Source: Octopus vulgaris (taxonomy: Eukaryota). Taken from it: a DNA stretch of 64,000 nucleotides. A program made the position numbers and the translations under genes. Positions within the stretch are counted from its first letter, which is position 1, and the number at the start of each line of letters is the position of its first letter. Below the pieces are notes generated by a model. It was not told the origin of the DNA. It saw only the letters and a program-made list of their open reading frames with translations, and made no database searches. Below, in pieces: positions 10,918 through 22,193 of this stretch. The stretch is taken from NCBI GenBank assembly GCA_951406725.2, contig OX597828.1:58466001-58530000 (forward strand), in the 5' to 3' direction.

Positions 10918-11435
10918 CTTGACTTGACTTGAAACAGCATTCACCCGGGGTGGGTTGAGCTGGCTTCATTTATCCTCAATGCTGCATCTCTCACAAACGC
11001 CGACCAGACCTGGCAATTTGAGGCTAACAACCACGTTATCTCAACCACTCCTTATTCCAGCGGCGATTTGAGGCTAACGACCACGTGATCTCAACCACTC
11101 CTTACGCCGTAGATATGGGAGCCTAGGTTGGGTTCCAGATCAGCCTTGACTGTCATCAGCCAGATTTTTCGTTGTTCTGTCATCAGCCAGGTTTTTCGTT
11201 GTCCACCACATTGCTTTTGCCAACCCTGAAGGGGAGCTGGGAAAATTGCTTTGTAGATGAATTCTCCTGGTTGACGACGGAGGGCATGACCCAGCCAATG
11301 CAGACATCTCGTTAGGATGGCTTGTCGGAGGAAGGTGATTTTTGCACTGGTGTTGCACCGAATTGTTGGAGACAAAGTGATGCCATCGGACACGAAGGAT
11401 GCGACATAGACAGTGAAGGATTCTAGTCGCTTAAT
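10918..11435 (-). mobile_element. 5'-truncated RTE LINE with (TCAAG)n tail and 15-bp TSD
   Basis: Minus translation RCLHWLGHALRR...PAPLQGWQKQCGGQRKTW; TSD ATAGCATTAGTTTGA at 10903-10917 and 11436-11450. Confidence 0.85.
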
Positions 11436-11482
11436 ATAGCATTAGTTTGATTTTGTTTTTTTTTGTTTTGTAGTTAGTCTGA

Positions 11483-11803
11483 AGGGGTGTGGCTTAGTGG
11501 TTAGGGTATTCAGCTCACAATCTTATGGTCATGAGTTCAATTCCTGGCAATGCTTTGTGTCTTTGAGCAAGACTCTATATTTCACATTGCTCCGGTTCAC
11601 ACAGCTGACAGACGTGAGTAATACCTGTAATTTAAAGGGCCAGCCTTGTCACCTCCTGTATCATACTAAATCTCCCTGAGTTCTACATTAAGGGTACACA
11701 TGTCTGTGGAGTGCTCTGCCAGTTGCACATTAATTTTACAAGCAGGCGGTTCCATTAATCAGATCAACTGGAACCCTCGTCATTGCAACCAGTGGAGTCC
11801 CAG
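11483..11803 (+). mobile_element. tRNA-derived SINE family D (CORE-like body)
   Basis: TGGCTTAGTGGTTAGG A box, GAGTTCAATTCC B box, GTGTCTTTGAGCAAGACTCT body. Confidence 0.7.
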
Positions 11804-12832
11804 TAGTTTATAGTTTGTATTGGTGAAGTCTCACTAAACTACCTCAGTCTGTTATCTTCTCAGTCATGAAGCTTAATTTCTTAACTTTTGATCTGTTTGT
11901 CTTCATTGATATATCTCATTTTAGCTATCATTTACTACTTGATACATATGCCTTAAATTTCATCGAATATAATTTCCTCAACAACTACAGTTGGCTGAAT
12001 TGTTAAGTTGGTTTTCTGCAGTTGAGTTTTTCTTTCCTTGACAACAGGTCTTAAATATTTACAGACTCTTCTCTGCCTAACTAAATATCAGTAGCAGGTA
12101 CAGTTCACTGCTGTGTTATTTTCAGGTTATTTTTTAACCCCAAGTCAGCCCTAATCAAGCAAAATTGTCTTTTTAAGATGGTTGGGTGTGGTTCTTGCAG
12201 ATTGAACCACATGGAGGGTCTGTGTGGGAAGTGGAGGTCACATGTCTAGCATGTGTCCTGTAAGTTTGTTAGATTTTAAAAAAAATTTTTTATGAGAAAA
12301 CTAAATTAAATGGTGCCTTACAAAATAAGATGCAATGTATATGCAACCTTTGTGTTTATTAACTTAAAGTACCAAGTTCAAATTCTTCACTAGGCTGGCA
12401 ACATCTTTCTAGAGAGCAAAAATGTTTCTAAACCACTAAACACAAGGGAAACTGGGTGAAGCCTCAGTCCGCTTCACTCACTGTGCCATATAGTTGTTGT
12501 GGTTTATTCTCCTCCCACAAGATCAGTGCTGATCAAAGGCACCCCAACCATGACCATCCCATCTTATGAAGGGTATCTAGAATTCTATTGTCTAATGCAT
12601 GGGTGAGTGGTTTAGAAGTTCACTTCACAATCAAGTTTTGAGTTCAATCTCACTGTGTGTCATCTTGGACAAGTATTTTTGAGTGTCTTGGAATCAACCT
12701 AAAACTTTTGAGTACAATTGGATAGATGGAAACTGTGCAGAAGCCCATTGTATGAACTGTAGCTGTAATTCAAAAGACCAGCCTTGTCATGTTTGAATTT
12801 GGGAATTAAGGGAAAGGTATAGGTGTTTATGT

Positions 12833-12978
12833 GAAGGCACATGGCTTAGTGGTTAGGGTGTTGGACTTATGATCGTAAGATTGTGGTTTCGATCCCTGGA
12901 CCAGGCACTCCATTGTGTCCTCAAACAAAACACTTCATTTCACGTTGCTCCAGTGCACTCAGCTGTAGAAATGAGTTT
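12833..12978 (+). mobile_element. tRNA-derived SINE family D, 5' part
   Basis: GAAGGCACATGGCTTAGTGGTTAGGG...GTTTCGATCCC; matches 32090-32341. Confidence 0.7.
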
Positions 12979-13756
12979 AGCCTTGTGAGGGATGGGCTCC
13001 ACCAGGCTTTCTCACCCAAGATACGCTGCATGGCCGCAGCACTCTATCAACACCTAAGGAGTTAAGGGATATGTTAATGTCAATAGGTATTCAATATGAG
13101 TTGGACTTTCAGTGGAGTGACCAATTGAATACTCACCATCAGAATCAATGGAACATCCACCATCAAACATGTTCTTTCCTTTCCCAGGACAATTTGTTAG
13201 GTTTGTGGGCAGTTTGATTGCTGTTTCTAGTAAGTTCAGCAACGAAACAACAAAAACACTAGTGGTTCCCTCGTTGACTTATACAGTTTGTTGTCAGTGT
13301 TATTTAAGCCCTTCGAGGACCCTGTTTGAACAGACCTATAATGGCAGGCATTGACACCCTTTAAGATGATGTGTCTGATATGGGAACATTAGACTACTGT
13401 CTCTAGTAGGTCAACTAGCAGCAACATAGAGGTTTCCTCGTACGTCTCTGAAGCAAATAACGTTGATGAAATTTTGCTGTGAAAAGTTAGGTTCAGTCAA
13501 ATGAAAATGCCATTTAAGCACAGCATGGTCATACATTTTAGATACATGTTTGATCGAACCTGATCAGATATCGATGGCCATACCAAAGTAGTTGTGTCTC
13601 AGGCACATCAATACTTTTGGTACTACATTTGTCTCGAGATAACTTCCAGACACAATCTTTAAGTTCCAATTCTCATGACACTTGTAACGGAACCATAATC
13701 ACCTTAATCTTCCCATCAAAAAGTTATTTTATACATTCAATCTTCACTAAGGAACT

Positions 13757-14183
13757 GGCAACCGTTGCTAGTGGGGCGCTAAGAGTACCATACGAGTGAG
13801 ATCGTTGCCAGAGCAACAAGCTGGCCTTTGTGCTGATGGCACGTTAAGCACACCATTCGAGCGTGATCGTTACTGTGTTGCCTTACTAGCACTTGTGCTG
13901 GTAGCACGTGAAACATTCGAGCGAGGTCGTCGCTAGACTGGCTCCTGTGCAGGTGGCACGTAAAAAGCACCATTTGGGCATGGCCGTTGCCAGTACCACC
14001 AAACTGGCCCTCGTGCCAGTGGCATGTAAAAGCACCCACTACACTCTCGGAGTGGTTGGCATTAGGAAGGGCATCCAGCTGTAGAAACTCTGCCAGATCA
14101 GATTGGAGTCTGGTTCGCCAGACCTCAGTCAAATCGTCCAACCCATGCCAGCATGGAAAGCGGACGTTAGATGATGATGATGA
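13757..14183 (+). mobile_element. SINE family A, long copy with several internal modules
   Basis: Repeated GGCACGT(A)AAAGCACC-like modules, then family A core and (GAT)n tail. Confidence 0.8.
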
Positions 14184-15627
14184 ATTTTCACTAAGGAAGC
14201 AGGGCACTTCCTTCTGAATTTAGTCAAAGATGACAGTCTCCAGTGGATGTGAATTAGAGATGTAAAGCTTTAGTAATAGAATACATTAGACCTTGTGGGA
14301 ATCAATGACTGGTTTTAGTGTTGAAATACTTCTGTGTTCTCATGAAAGCCAGGACTCTTTGAGATAATTTCAGCCATGTTAAGACAATCATTTCTAATAA
14401 ACTGATGTTTGTAGATGAATGCTTAAGATTGTAGTCAGCGTTCCTTTGCAATCTTTTAAGCAAGACTTTTAACTTTATAGGGTCAGAAGCTATACTTTAT
14501 AAATTAGTAAATACGTAAAATGCATGAAATTACATTTAAAACAAAATGTTGTGTATATATTAGGACTTTTTCATTTTTTTTTAATATATATAATAATATT
14601 TATTATTATTATATTTCTGTGTATATGTATAGTTTATGCTTATAAATATTAAAGTATAGAGATAAACGAATTTAACAAATAAAGTTAGTAAGTTTTTTTT
14701 ATAACCAATTTCATAAAAACATTCTTTGTTTTTTATTGAAAACCAGTAAAAATGCTAAACTGATTTGGAAGAAGGTACTTTAATGTCAGTGGATTATTAA
14801 CTTTGGAGGGAAGGGGTAGGGAATAGATAATTTATTTCAATAAATTACTCAAATATATTTAATATATTATTTATTTGTTGCATCCACAAAATTACTGGCT
14901 TGAATTTTTTGTTTTACTTCCTGAAAGCCGTTAGAATTCCTCAGTCTCTGGCTTACCAACATGATCAACTTTATAATAATTGCCACTGTATTACAATTAT
15001 TTATCACAATTGGCAGTACCCCAGCATGGCCACAGAACACTGGCTGAAACTAATAAAAGAATATCTTTGGTAAGATAAAATGACACAGACATTTAGGTTT
15101 CAACTTAGTGTTAGGATTTAGCATTAATGTTCTAATCCTCTCTGCATTAATTATGTTTAAAAATAATTATACAATGAGGTTAAAAAAAAAACAATGACTA
15201 ATATTTTATTTTTCATTAATGAGGTCACTATAAGACCAAAACATGTCTGAAGTTGTCTCCCCTACTTGCTGAAATTATTGAAGATATTAGTCAAAGACAG
15301 ATATTGTTTTCCTTCATTATTGTAGTCAACATGATTAATGCAGTTATTTTAAAGCTAACACTAACTTATGATTTTTCATCCAGATGGCGTTAGGTGTTAT
15401 CTATTCTTTCAACTTATTTCTGATCTCTTGAAACTAATGTAGCTTTTCATTGCGTGTCGTATTTTATAAAATACTAAAAGTCATTGTAAGTCTTTAAAAA
15501 AAAAAAAGAAAAAAAGTTCCTTAAATTCTGAGCTGAGATCATAAATTTCATATAAATTATTTCTGAAACGCTTCACATGCAGCAAACAACCAAATTTGCC
15601 ATTTTCAAGGCTGTTGAAAGGATTTCA

Positions 15628-17607
15628 CTATTTATCAACGCAAATATAATGGTTTGCTTTGGTGCTATAAATTTGTTTCAAGGCTTCCTGACAGTTGTTG
15701 AGGTCTTGCCATGGTCGACATATCCACAACTCCATTAAAGACAAATGTTTTAATAGAAAAGAGAAAGTTTCATCAGAATAATCTCCAGAAAGTACGTCAT
15801 TAAATACGGAATCAAATTTCGGCTCAATTATCGTCAGCTCCTTCACTCTGTAAGATAAAACTTGTCTTTCACCACAATTTCTGCAATCAAAATCTTGGTC
15901 TTCATTTTCAAATTGGCCAAGGACATGATGGCATTTCTCACATTTAAAATAAGGTGAATGGTTGGGAATGTCATCGTACATTGGCCAGTCATTAGCACAG
16001 GCTACACAGGAACAGTCGAAGAAATATCGACGACCAAGTTCAGCATCTCGTTTCTCTATGTCGTCGACTGGATATAAAATACCATAACTATCAACAACTT
16101 CCATTCCTTTGGGAATGTGATGGATGGCTCGTACAACGCACAAATTCCCATAGCTGTGTCGCACAACATTAGGGTCACAAGAATGATTGAATAAACTAAG
16201 TGTGGCATAGACAGCAGATCCAATGTCGGCTGCGCTAGACTTCAAGGGCTGTTTTAGATTGATGGATAGTTCAGTTATCTCATGAGCATTGCATGGTAAC
16301 ATTTGAAGATGGCGAAGAATATGGCCACCAACAATAAGATGAATGTCTTTACAATCATCCGCTTTTGAAAAAAATTTAGTTCTCTCTAGACATTTCAAAA
16401 GATAAACTGCTGTTAATGTTCGACGAAATAGATCCGAGAAAGTTCTGTCTTCTGAGTGGTTCACAAGGTTATAGACTGACCAATAATCTTCAGAATCATA
16501 TTGACCTAATTTATTAAACCCTATTGCTGAAGGTTTTGTAGATTTTTCATCAGCAAAATTTTCCTCAAAATTCTTAATATAATTATAATTTGCTTTTATA
16601 ACCATTCTTAATGCCAGATGATAAACATCATACTCTAACAGCTTGATTGACAGTAAAATGGAACATTCTACAGAGTGGTACTGGTTCCAAGATTCTTCTC
16701 GACAAGTTGCATTGCAGTAAACAACTTCTGCACACGAAGAACATGGTATTGGATGTTCTGCTCTTTTACAACAGTGATGGCAATGGCTGGAATGGTGATC
16801 ATCATTGATCACAGAGCTGTACGGTTTCTCAATAGCAAGAACTTCACCAACGTTTATGTCCCTGGTAGCAGAAATATATCTTCCTTTATCTTTGGAATAT
16901 TTCATACATATAGCATCTGAAGCACATGGAAACTGGCTGCTCCGTTCTCCTTCAATTCTAGGAAGCGGTCCCATAAATGCATTGCATTCTTCAGCCTTCA
17001 CCTTAGCTTTAGGTTTATTGTGGCAGTCTTTGATGAATTTTTCAAGTTTTGCTTGTCGTTCCGTTTGCCGATCTTTCTCTAGGCTGGAGTCAACTAAACT
17101 CTTTATGGCTTCTTCAAAATATTTGATGGCTTCCTCATTCAAACCAATTTCATACTTGGACCTACCCTGCCTTTCTAACAGTTTATGCATCAGTTTTTTA
17201 GGATAGTCATTCTCGAGAGCTAAATCTATGTCTTTCAAACAGAGGTGATACTTTTGCATATCAAAATACACAGCTGATCTATTGGCATAGCCCAGTGCAA
17301 GCATATCTCCAATCCCTGGGGCTTTTTGGATGCTCCTTGTATAAAAACTAAATGCTTGTCGATAATTTTTTTTCACATATTCTGCATTTCCTTTGTTTCG
17401 AAACTCTGTAGAATCAGATGCTGACTTCTCAATTGACATTTCTTCGATTCTTATTACTTTATCAATAAATGGTAAGTTGTAAACAGCAGTGAATCTCTGT
17501 AGATTCGTCTCAGCAGCACTGAACGTTTTCGACCAGTCTTTCCATTTCACGTCGTTTTGGATATTCATCAGTAACTCATCCCGCCAATTGTCAATTAGGT
17601 CTGCCAT
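15628..17607 (-). CDS. SMYD4: SMYD4-like SET and MYND domain lysine methyltransferase, single coding exon, 659 aa
   Basis: N-terminal TPRs (FRNKGNAEYVKKNYRQAFSFYTRSI; LGYANRSAVYF), S-sequence KGRYISATRDINVGEVLAIEKPY, MYND finger CHHC..CSSC..YC...C...W..YH..EC, SET core LFNHSCDPN and DSYG, post-SET CSCVAC, extra CxxC pair; splice acceptor (ttctag) 15 nt upstream of the ATG. Confidence 0.92.
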   Translation of the reverse strand: MADLIDNWRDELLMNIQNDVKWKDWSKTFSAAETNLQRFTAVYNLPFIDKVIRIEEMSIEKSASDSTEFRNKGNAEYVKKNYRQAFSFYTRSIQKAPGIGDMLALGYANRSAVYFDMQKYHLCLKDIDLALENDYPKKLMHKLLERQGRSKYEIGLNEEAIKYFEEAIKSLVDSSLEKDRQTERQAKLEKFIKDCHNKPKAKVKAEECNAFMGPLPRIEGERSSQFPCASDAICMKYSKDKGRYISATRDINVGEVLAIEKPYSSVINDDHHSSHCHHCCKRAEHPIPCSSCAEVVYCNATCREESWNQYHSVECSILLSIKLLEYDVYHLALRMVIKANYNYIKNFEENFADEKSTKPSAIGFNKLGQYDSEDYWSVYNLVNHSEDRTFSDLFRRTLTAVYLLKCLERTKFFSKADDCKDIHLIVGGHILRHLQMLPCNAHEITELSINLKQPLKSSAADIGSAVYATLSLFNHSCDPNVVRHSYGNLCVVRAIHHIPKGMEVVDSYGILYPVDDIEKRDAELGRRYFFDCSCVACANDWPMYDDIPNHSPYFKCEKCHHVLGQFENEDQDFDCRNCGERQVLSYRVKELTIIEPKFDSVFNDVLSGDYSDETFSFLLKHLSLMELWICRPWQDLNNCQEALKQIYSTKANHYICVDK

Positions 17608-17759
17608 TTTGTTATTGTAACACTAGAAATAAAAAGAAAGATAATGTAACAACTGCAAATTAGATTAATTACTTTGAATTTATTTCTCATTTCAGTGATT
17701 TAAATTGGAAAAAAAAAAATACTTGGAAGTAATTTGATTAAAAAGCTATTTTAATTTCT

Positions 17760-18108
17760 CAATGATCAAAAATCAAATGGAAATTGCAGTTGCGATACCT
17801 GTGCCGGTGGCATATAGAATGCACCATCCGTACGTGGCCGATGCCAGCGCCGCCTTGACTGGCTTCCGTGCCGGTGGCACATAAAAAGCCCCAACCGATC
17901 ATGGCCATTGCCAGCCTACCCTGGCACGTAAAAAGCACCCACAACACTCACGGAGTGGTTGGCGTTAGGAAGGGCATCCAGCCGTAGAAACACTGCCAGA
18001 TCAGACTGGAGCCTGGTGCAGCCTCCTGGCTTCCCAGACCCCAGTCGAACCGTCCAACCCATGCTAGCATGGAAAGCGGACGTTAAACAATGACAATGAT
18101 GATGAATG
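17760..18108 (+). mobile_element. SINE family A
   Basis: Family A modules, core and (ATG)n tail. Confidence 0.8.
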
Positions 18109-18548
18109 ACTCCCAATTAAATCTGCCAACATTTCTTCGCCCCGCCCCCATTACTTCCGTCTCTGTTCTCACAAATCAGTTCTTAACTACATTGACTTGG
18201 TGTTCTTATTTTACTTTCTCACGACTTTATACAGTGTTCACACAGTAAGAAGCATGCTTTGTAAATCATGTGATTCCGGGTTCAGTCTCATTGCGTAGCA
18301 CTTCGGGCAAGTGTCATCTATAGTCCAGGTCAACTAACACCTTGTCAGTGCAGCAACTGTCACATATATATACATATGTATGTATATCATCATTTAACGT
18401 CCTCTTTTCCATACTGGCATGGATCACACACACACACAACAGAAGTAAATAGACACCTCATAAAACATTGTTTTATGTATATTCTAACTTGTGAAAGTTA
18501 ATATTTTTTATTAATTGACATTTTTGTTTTAGGGGTTTTATATGAGAC

Positions 18549-18773
18549 TGGCCGTTGCCAGCCCCGCCTGGCACCTGTGCAGGTGGCACGTAAAAAGCAC
18601 CCACTACACTCACGGAGTGGTTGGCGTTAGGAAGGGCATCCAGCTGTAGAAACATTGCCAGATAAGACTGGAGCCTGGTGCAGCCTTCTGGCTTCCCAGA
18701 TCCCCGGTCGAACCGTCCAACCCATGCTAGCATGGAGAACGGACGTTAAACGATGATGATGATGATGATGATG
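18549..18773 (+). mobile_element. SINE family A, young copy
   Basis: Near-identical to 3938-4151; (GAT)7 tail. Confidence 0.85.
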
Positions 18774-18777
18774 TCCA

Positions 18778-19880
18778 ATCATGCCATGTACAAAGGAAGC
18801 CTTGGAACTGTCTGAATTTCAAAGAGGCCATATTGTAGGTCATTCTGAAGGTGGACATAGTTAGCGTAAAATTGCAGAAAACCTTGGAATCCCACTTTCT
18901 ACAGTTAATAGGGTGATTGTGCAATTCACCAGAGAGGGGAAGGAGTCCACATCACCTTGCCCAGATCAACCAGGGCCCTCCAAAGGACTCTTCTCTTTGC
19001 TAAAAGAAGTGTGAAGGATAATCCTTGTTGCAAGGCATCTGACACAGCAGAACAAGTTGATGTCAGTCCCAGAACAGCTGTTGGGTATCTCCACAAACTT
19101 GGTTACTATGGTAGAGCAACAAGAAGGAGGCCGCTTCTTCGACCAGCCAACATCAAGTAGAGAAAAGATTGGGCCAGTGTGATGATGGAGAGGCCACTAG
19201 CATTTTGGGACACTGTCATATTCTCTGGTGGGTTCAGATTTACTGTATTTCCTGACAGTGGTCAAGTGTGGGTTCGGAGATCCCGTGATCAAGAATTTGA
19301 TGTGAAAAGATTGCAGCCAACAATGAAACATGGCAGTTATTCTGTGATGGTCTGGGGAGCAATTTGGAGCAATGGTTGATCAGAGCTGGTGGAGTGTGAG
19401 GGAAACATAAACTCAGATAAACATGTGTCCATATTGCAGAAAGGACTCCTTCCAATCTTCTCCAGTGGCGAAATGATTAAAGACTATTTATTAAAGACTT
19501 GTCACACAGCTAAAATGATCCAAAATTTGTCAGATGAGAATGGCATTAAAAAGCTTCCATGGCCAAGCCAGTCACTAGATATGAACCCTATTGAACACTT
19601 CTGGGGTATAATGGACAGGAGACTTCATAAAAAGAACAAGAAGGCATCTTCAAAGCCAGATTTTTTGAGATTACTGCATGAAACTTGGCAAGAAATTCTG
19701 CAAGAGAATATTCATCATCTGATCAGGACCCTAATAGGGTCTTTGCATTGAAAAATGCAAAGGCAAGTCTACTAAATATAAAATATTCACATTATAACAA
19801 TAAATAATTTGAATGTATAATTTCAGATTCAAATAAATTTTAATAATTATAAGGGCCTCTATTTACTTCTGTCATGTCTG
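18778..19880 (+). mobile_element. Tc1-family transposon, disrupted transposase
   Basis: Fragments [56 protein letters not shown] (Tc1 DD34E signatures) with stops and frameshifts. Confidence 0.85.
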
Positions 19881-20535
19881 TGTGTGTAATACATACATAT
19901 ATATATATATATATAACTACAAAATTAGAAAATGGAGAAACATACTTAAATCAATAAAACATCAACTATCAGATGATACCCAATCAATACTTTATTACAC
20001 CATTACATATCAGTAAAGGCATTATACAAAATATACAGTAAATGTAAATAGACAAGGAGATATAAGTATAAAATTTCAAATATAATATGTAATTAAATCA
20101 TATATATATATAAGAATACAAAAAATGGGACAAGAACGCAAAACATCTAGACAGATGATACAAAAAAGGGACAAGAAAAACATAAGGACAGGTCATTCAG
20201 AGTTTTCTTTCCTCAGTTGAGTTCCAGACAATCTTTGCAATTTCGGCTGGTTATACACGAGATTGCTCCAATCTGATCAGCCCCAAGGAAAAACAAAGCT
20301 AAGAGCACTGGATTCCTTGGAAAAAAGCAGCAAATGTATACGAAAACAAGGTTGGGAAAAAACCCCAGATAAATGGTATACAAATGCAAATAACAGGACA
20401 TTAACAACAGGTGTTTTTCGACTAAGGACAAGAGATAGATAGATATATGCACAAACACACTAGTATATTACTCTACCCTTGGTATGTGAGTACTACTTTT
20501 TCCCACCTTTTGCATCTATGAACTTACTTTGTACA

Positions 20536-20574
<39 letters not shown>

Positions 20575-20575
<1 letters not shown>

Positions 20576-20810
20576 AAGGTAAAAAGGGAGAAAATAGAAA
20601 GCTTCTAACAATGTGGAAAGGCTTATAAAACCTTTATATTTCAGGCACAAAGGCCCATCTTCAGAAGAAAAATAATCTGGGAAATGTCCAGTTACGAAGG
20701 TTCCATTAACTCATTCAAATCCCCCAGGGATTTTGCACCTGAAATATAAAGGTTTTACAAAACTTCCCGCATTGTCAGAAGCCTTCAATTTTCTCCTTTT
20801 TTACCTTCTT
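20575..20810. repeat. ~75-bp inverted repeat pair carrying a minimal hammerhead-like motif (Penelope-type remnant)
   Basis: Arms 20575-20651 and 20731-20810 are roughly 80% reverse-complementary by eye; (TA)n on both sides. Confidence 0.65.
20631..20669 (-). ncRNA. minimal type I hammerhead ribozyme-like motif
   Basis: UUCUU-CUGAAGA-U-GGGC(cuuugu)GCCU-GAAA-UA-UA-AAGG: intact core, stems I and II, palindromic mini stem III. Confidence 0.45.
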
Positions 20811-20864
20811 CAATATTACAATACTTCAAGCAAGCTACAGCCTTCTTATATATATATGTGTATG

Positions 20865-20897
<33 letters not shown>

Positions 20898-21802
20898 AAT
20901 AAATTCTCATTTCAGTACTTCCACAACAACTGCCAGACATTGAATTCCTTGCATGCAATATAATGCTATTCAAACCCAAGTAACATCATCATTATCAGTT
21001 TTAAGTCCTTTGAGACTTTAAGTATTTAGTTTTCGTAGCAGTTGTTGCTTGGCTGGAATCATCTTTGCTTTAGTGAAACCTTTTCTAACTGATTTAATCT
21101 TTGATTCTTCAGTTGGTTTTTCTAATTGTTCCATGATGTTGTTACCATTCCTTATTATGATGTCCTCAATAAACAAGACGTCCCCAAGGACTGAGGAGGG
21201 CTCCAAATCTCATGGAAGGGCCTCTGAGCATTGAAAAGAGGGTAAACAAATTACCACTATTGCTGCTTCAGTACAATGAACAAGAGATGGTCTGGGTCTG
21301 TTCATTTTGACACCACTCTATGCTGTTGGCTGCTTAACTTGATACCTTATTCACTTGGTTATCCACACTATCTGCCCGAAGATTTAGAACCTTAAAATAT
21401 GTGTCCAGTATTGCTCGAAAACAGACAAGTTTATCAAGGAGTGAAAATATTCAACTCCGTTACTGAACCCCTGCATGGTTGCTCAATCTGCTAGAAACAG
21501 TAATCAAATCTCCCTCAAATCACACTATACAGTCTTAAAGAAGACATTGAATGATACAGTCCTACATAGTCCTGAAAAGATGGGACTCGCAATTGGAATA
21601 CTTTTGAACATAGCTATGCTCAATTAGAAACGAGTTGGAGAATTAAGCTGCCTCGTTAGCTACCAGTTGTTATCTTTAGTAGTAGAAAAGGTCAACTTCT
21701 CTAATGAGCTCCAATGTGGTGCTGATTTTCGCTGGCACACTGGCTTTAAACCTGCTGGGATGAGAGGAGGTTGACACCTAATTTCAAGAGTCCACACGAT
21801 AA

Positions 21803-22193
21803 GGTACTCTTTTACTTGTTTCAGTCATTTGACTGTGGCTATGCTGGAGCACCACCTTTCGTTGAGCAACTTGACTCCAGGACTTATTCTTTGTAAGCTT
21901 AGTACTTATTCTATCGGTTGCTTTTGCTGTACCACTAAGTTACGGGGACATAAACACACCAGCATCGGTTGTTAAGCGATGTTGAGGGGATAAACACAGA
22001 CACACAAACATACACACACATGCATATATACATATATACGATGGGCTTCTTTCAGTTTTCGTCTACCAAATCCACTCACAAGGCTTTGGTCGGCCTGAGG
22101 CTATAGTAGAAGACACTTGCCCAAGGTGCCACGCAGTGGGACTGAACCCAGAACTATGTGGTTGGTAAGCAAGCTACTTACCACACAACCACT
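21803..22193 (-). mobile_element. tRNA-derived SINE family C, near full length
   Basis: Reverse complement of 52566-52910; CORE-like GCACCTTGGGCAAGTGTCTT, internal TG/TA microsatellite, tail GACTGAAACAAGTAAAAGAGTA. Confidence 0.8.

Noticed and set aside
16675-17206. Plus-strand ORFs of 81 and 133 aa
   Set aside because: Antisense shadows of the SMYD4 CDS
21018-21206. 62-aa minus-strand ORF upstream of SMYD4
   Set aside because: Non-ATG start, no convincing splice sites or recognisable homology
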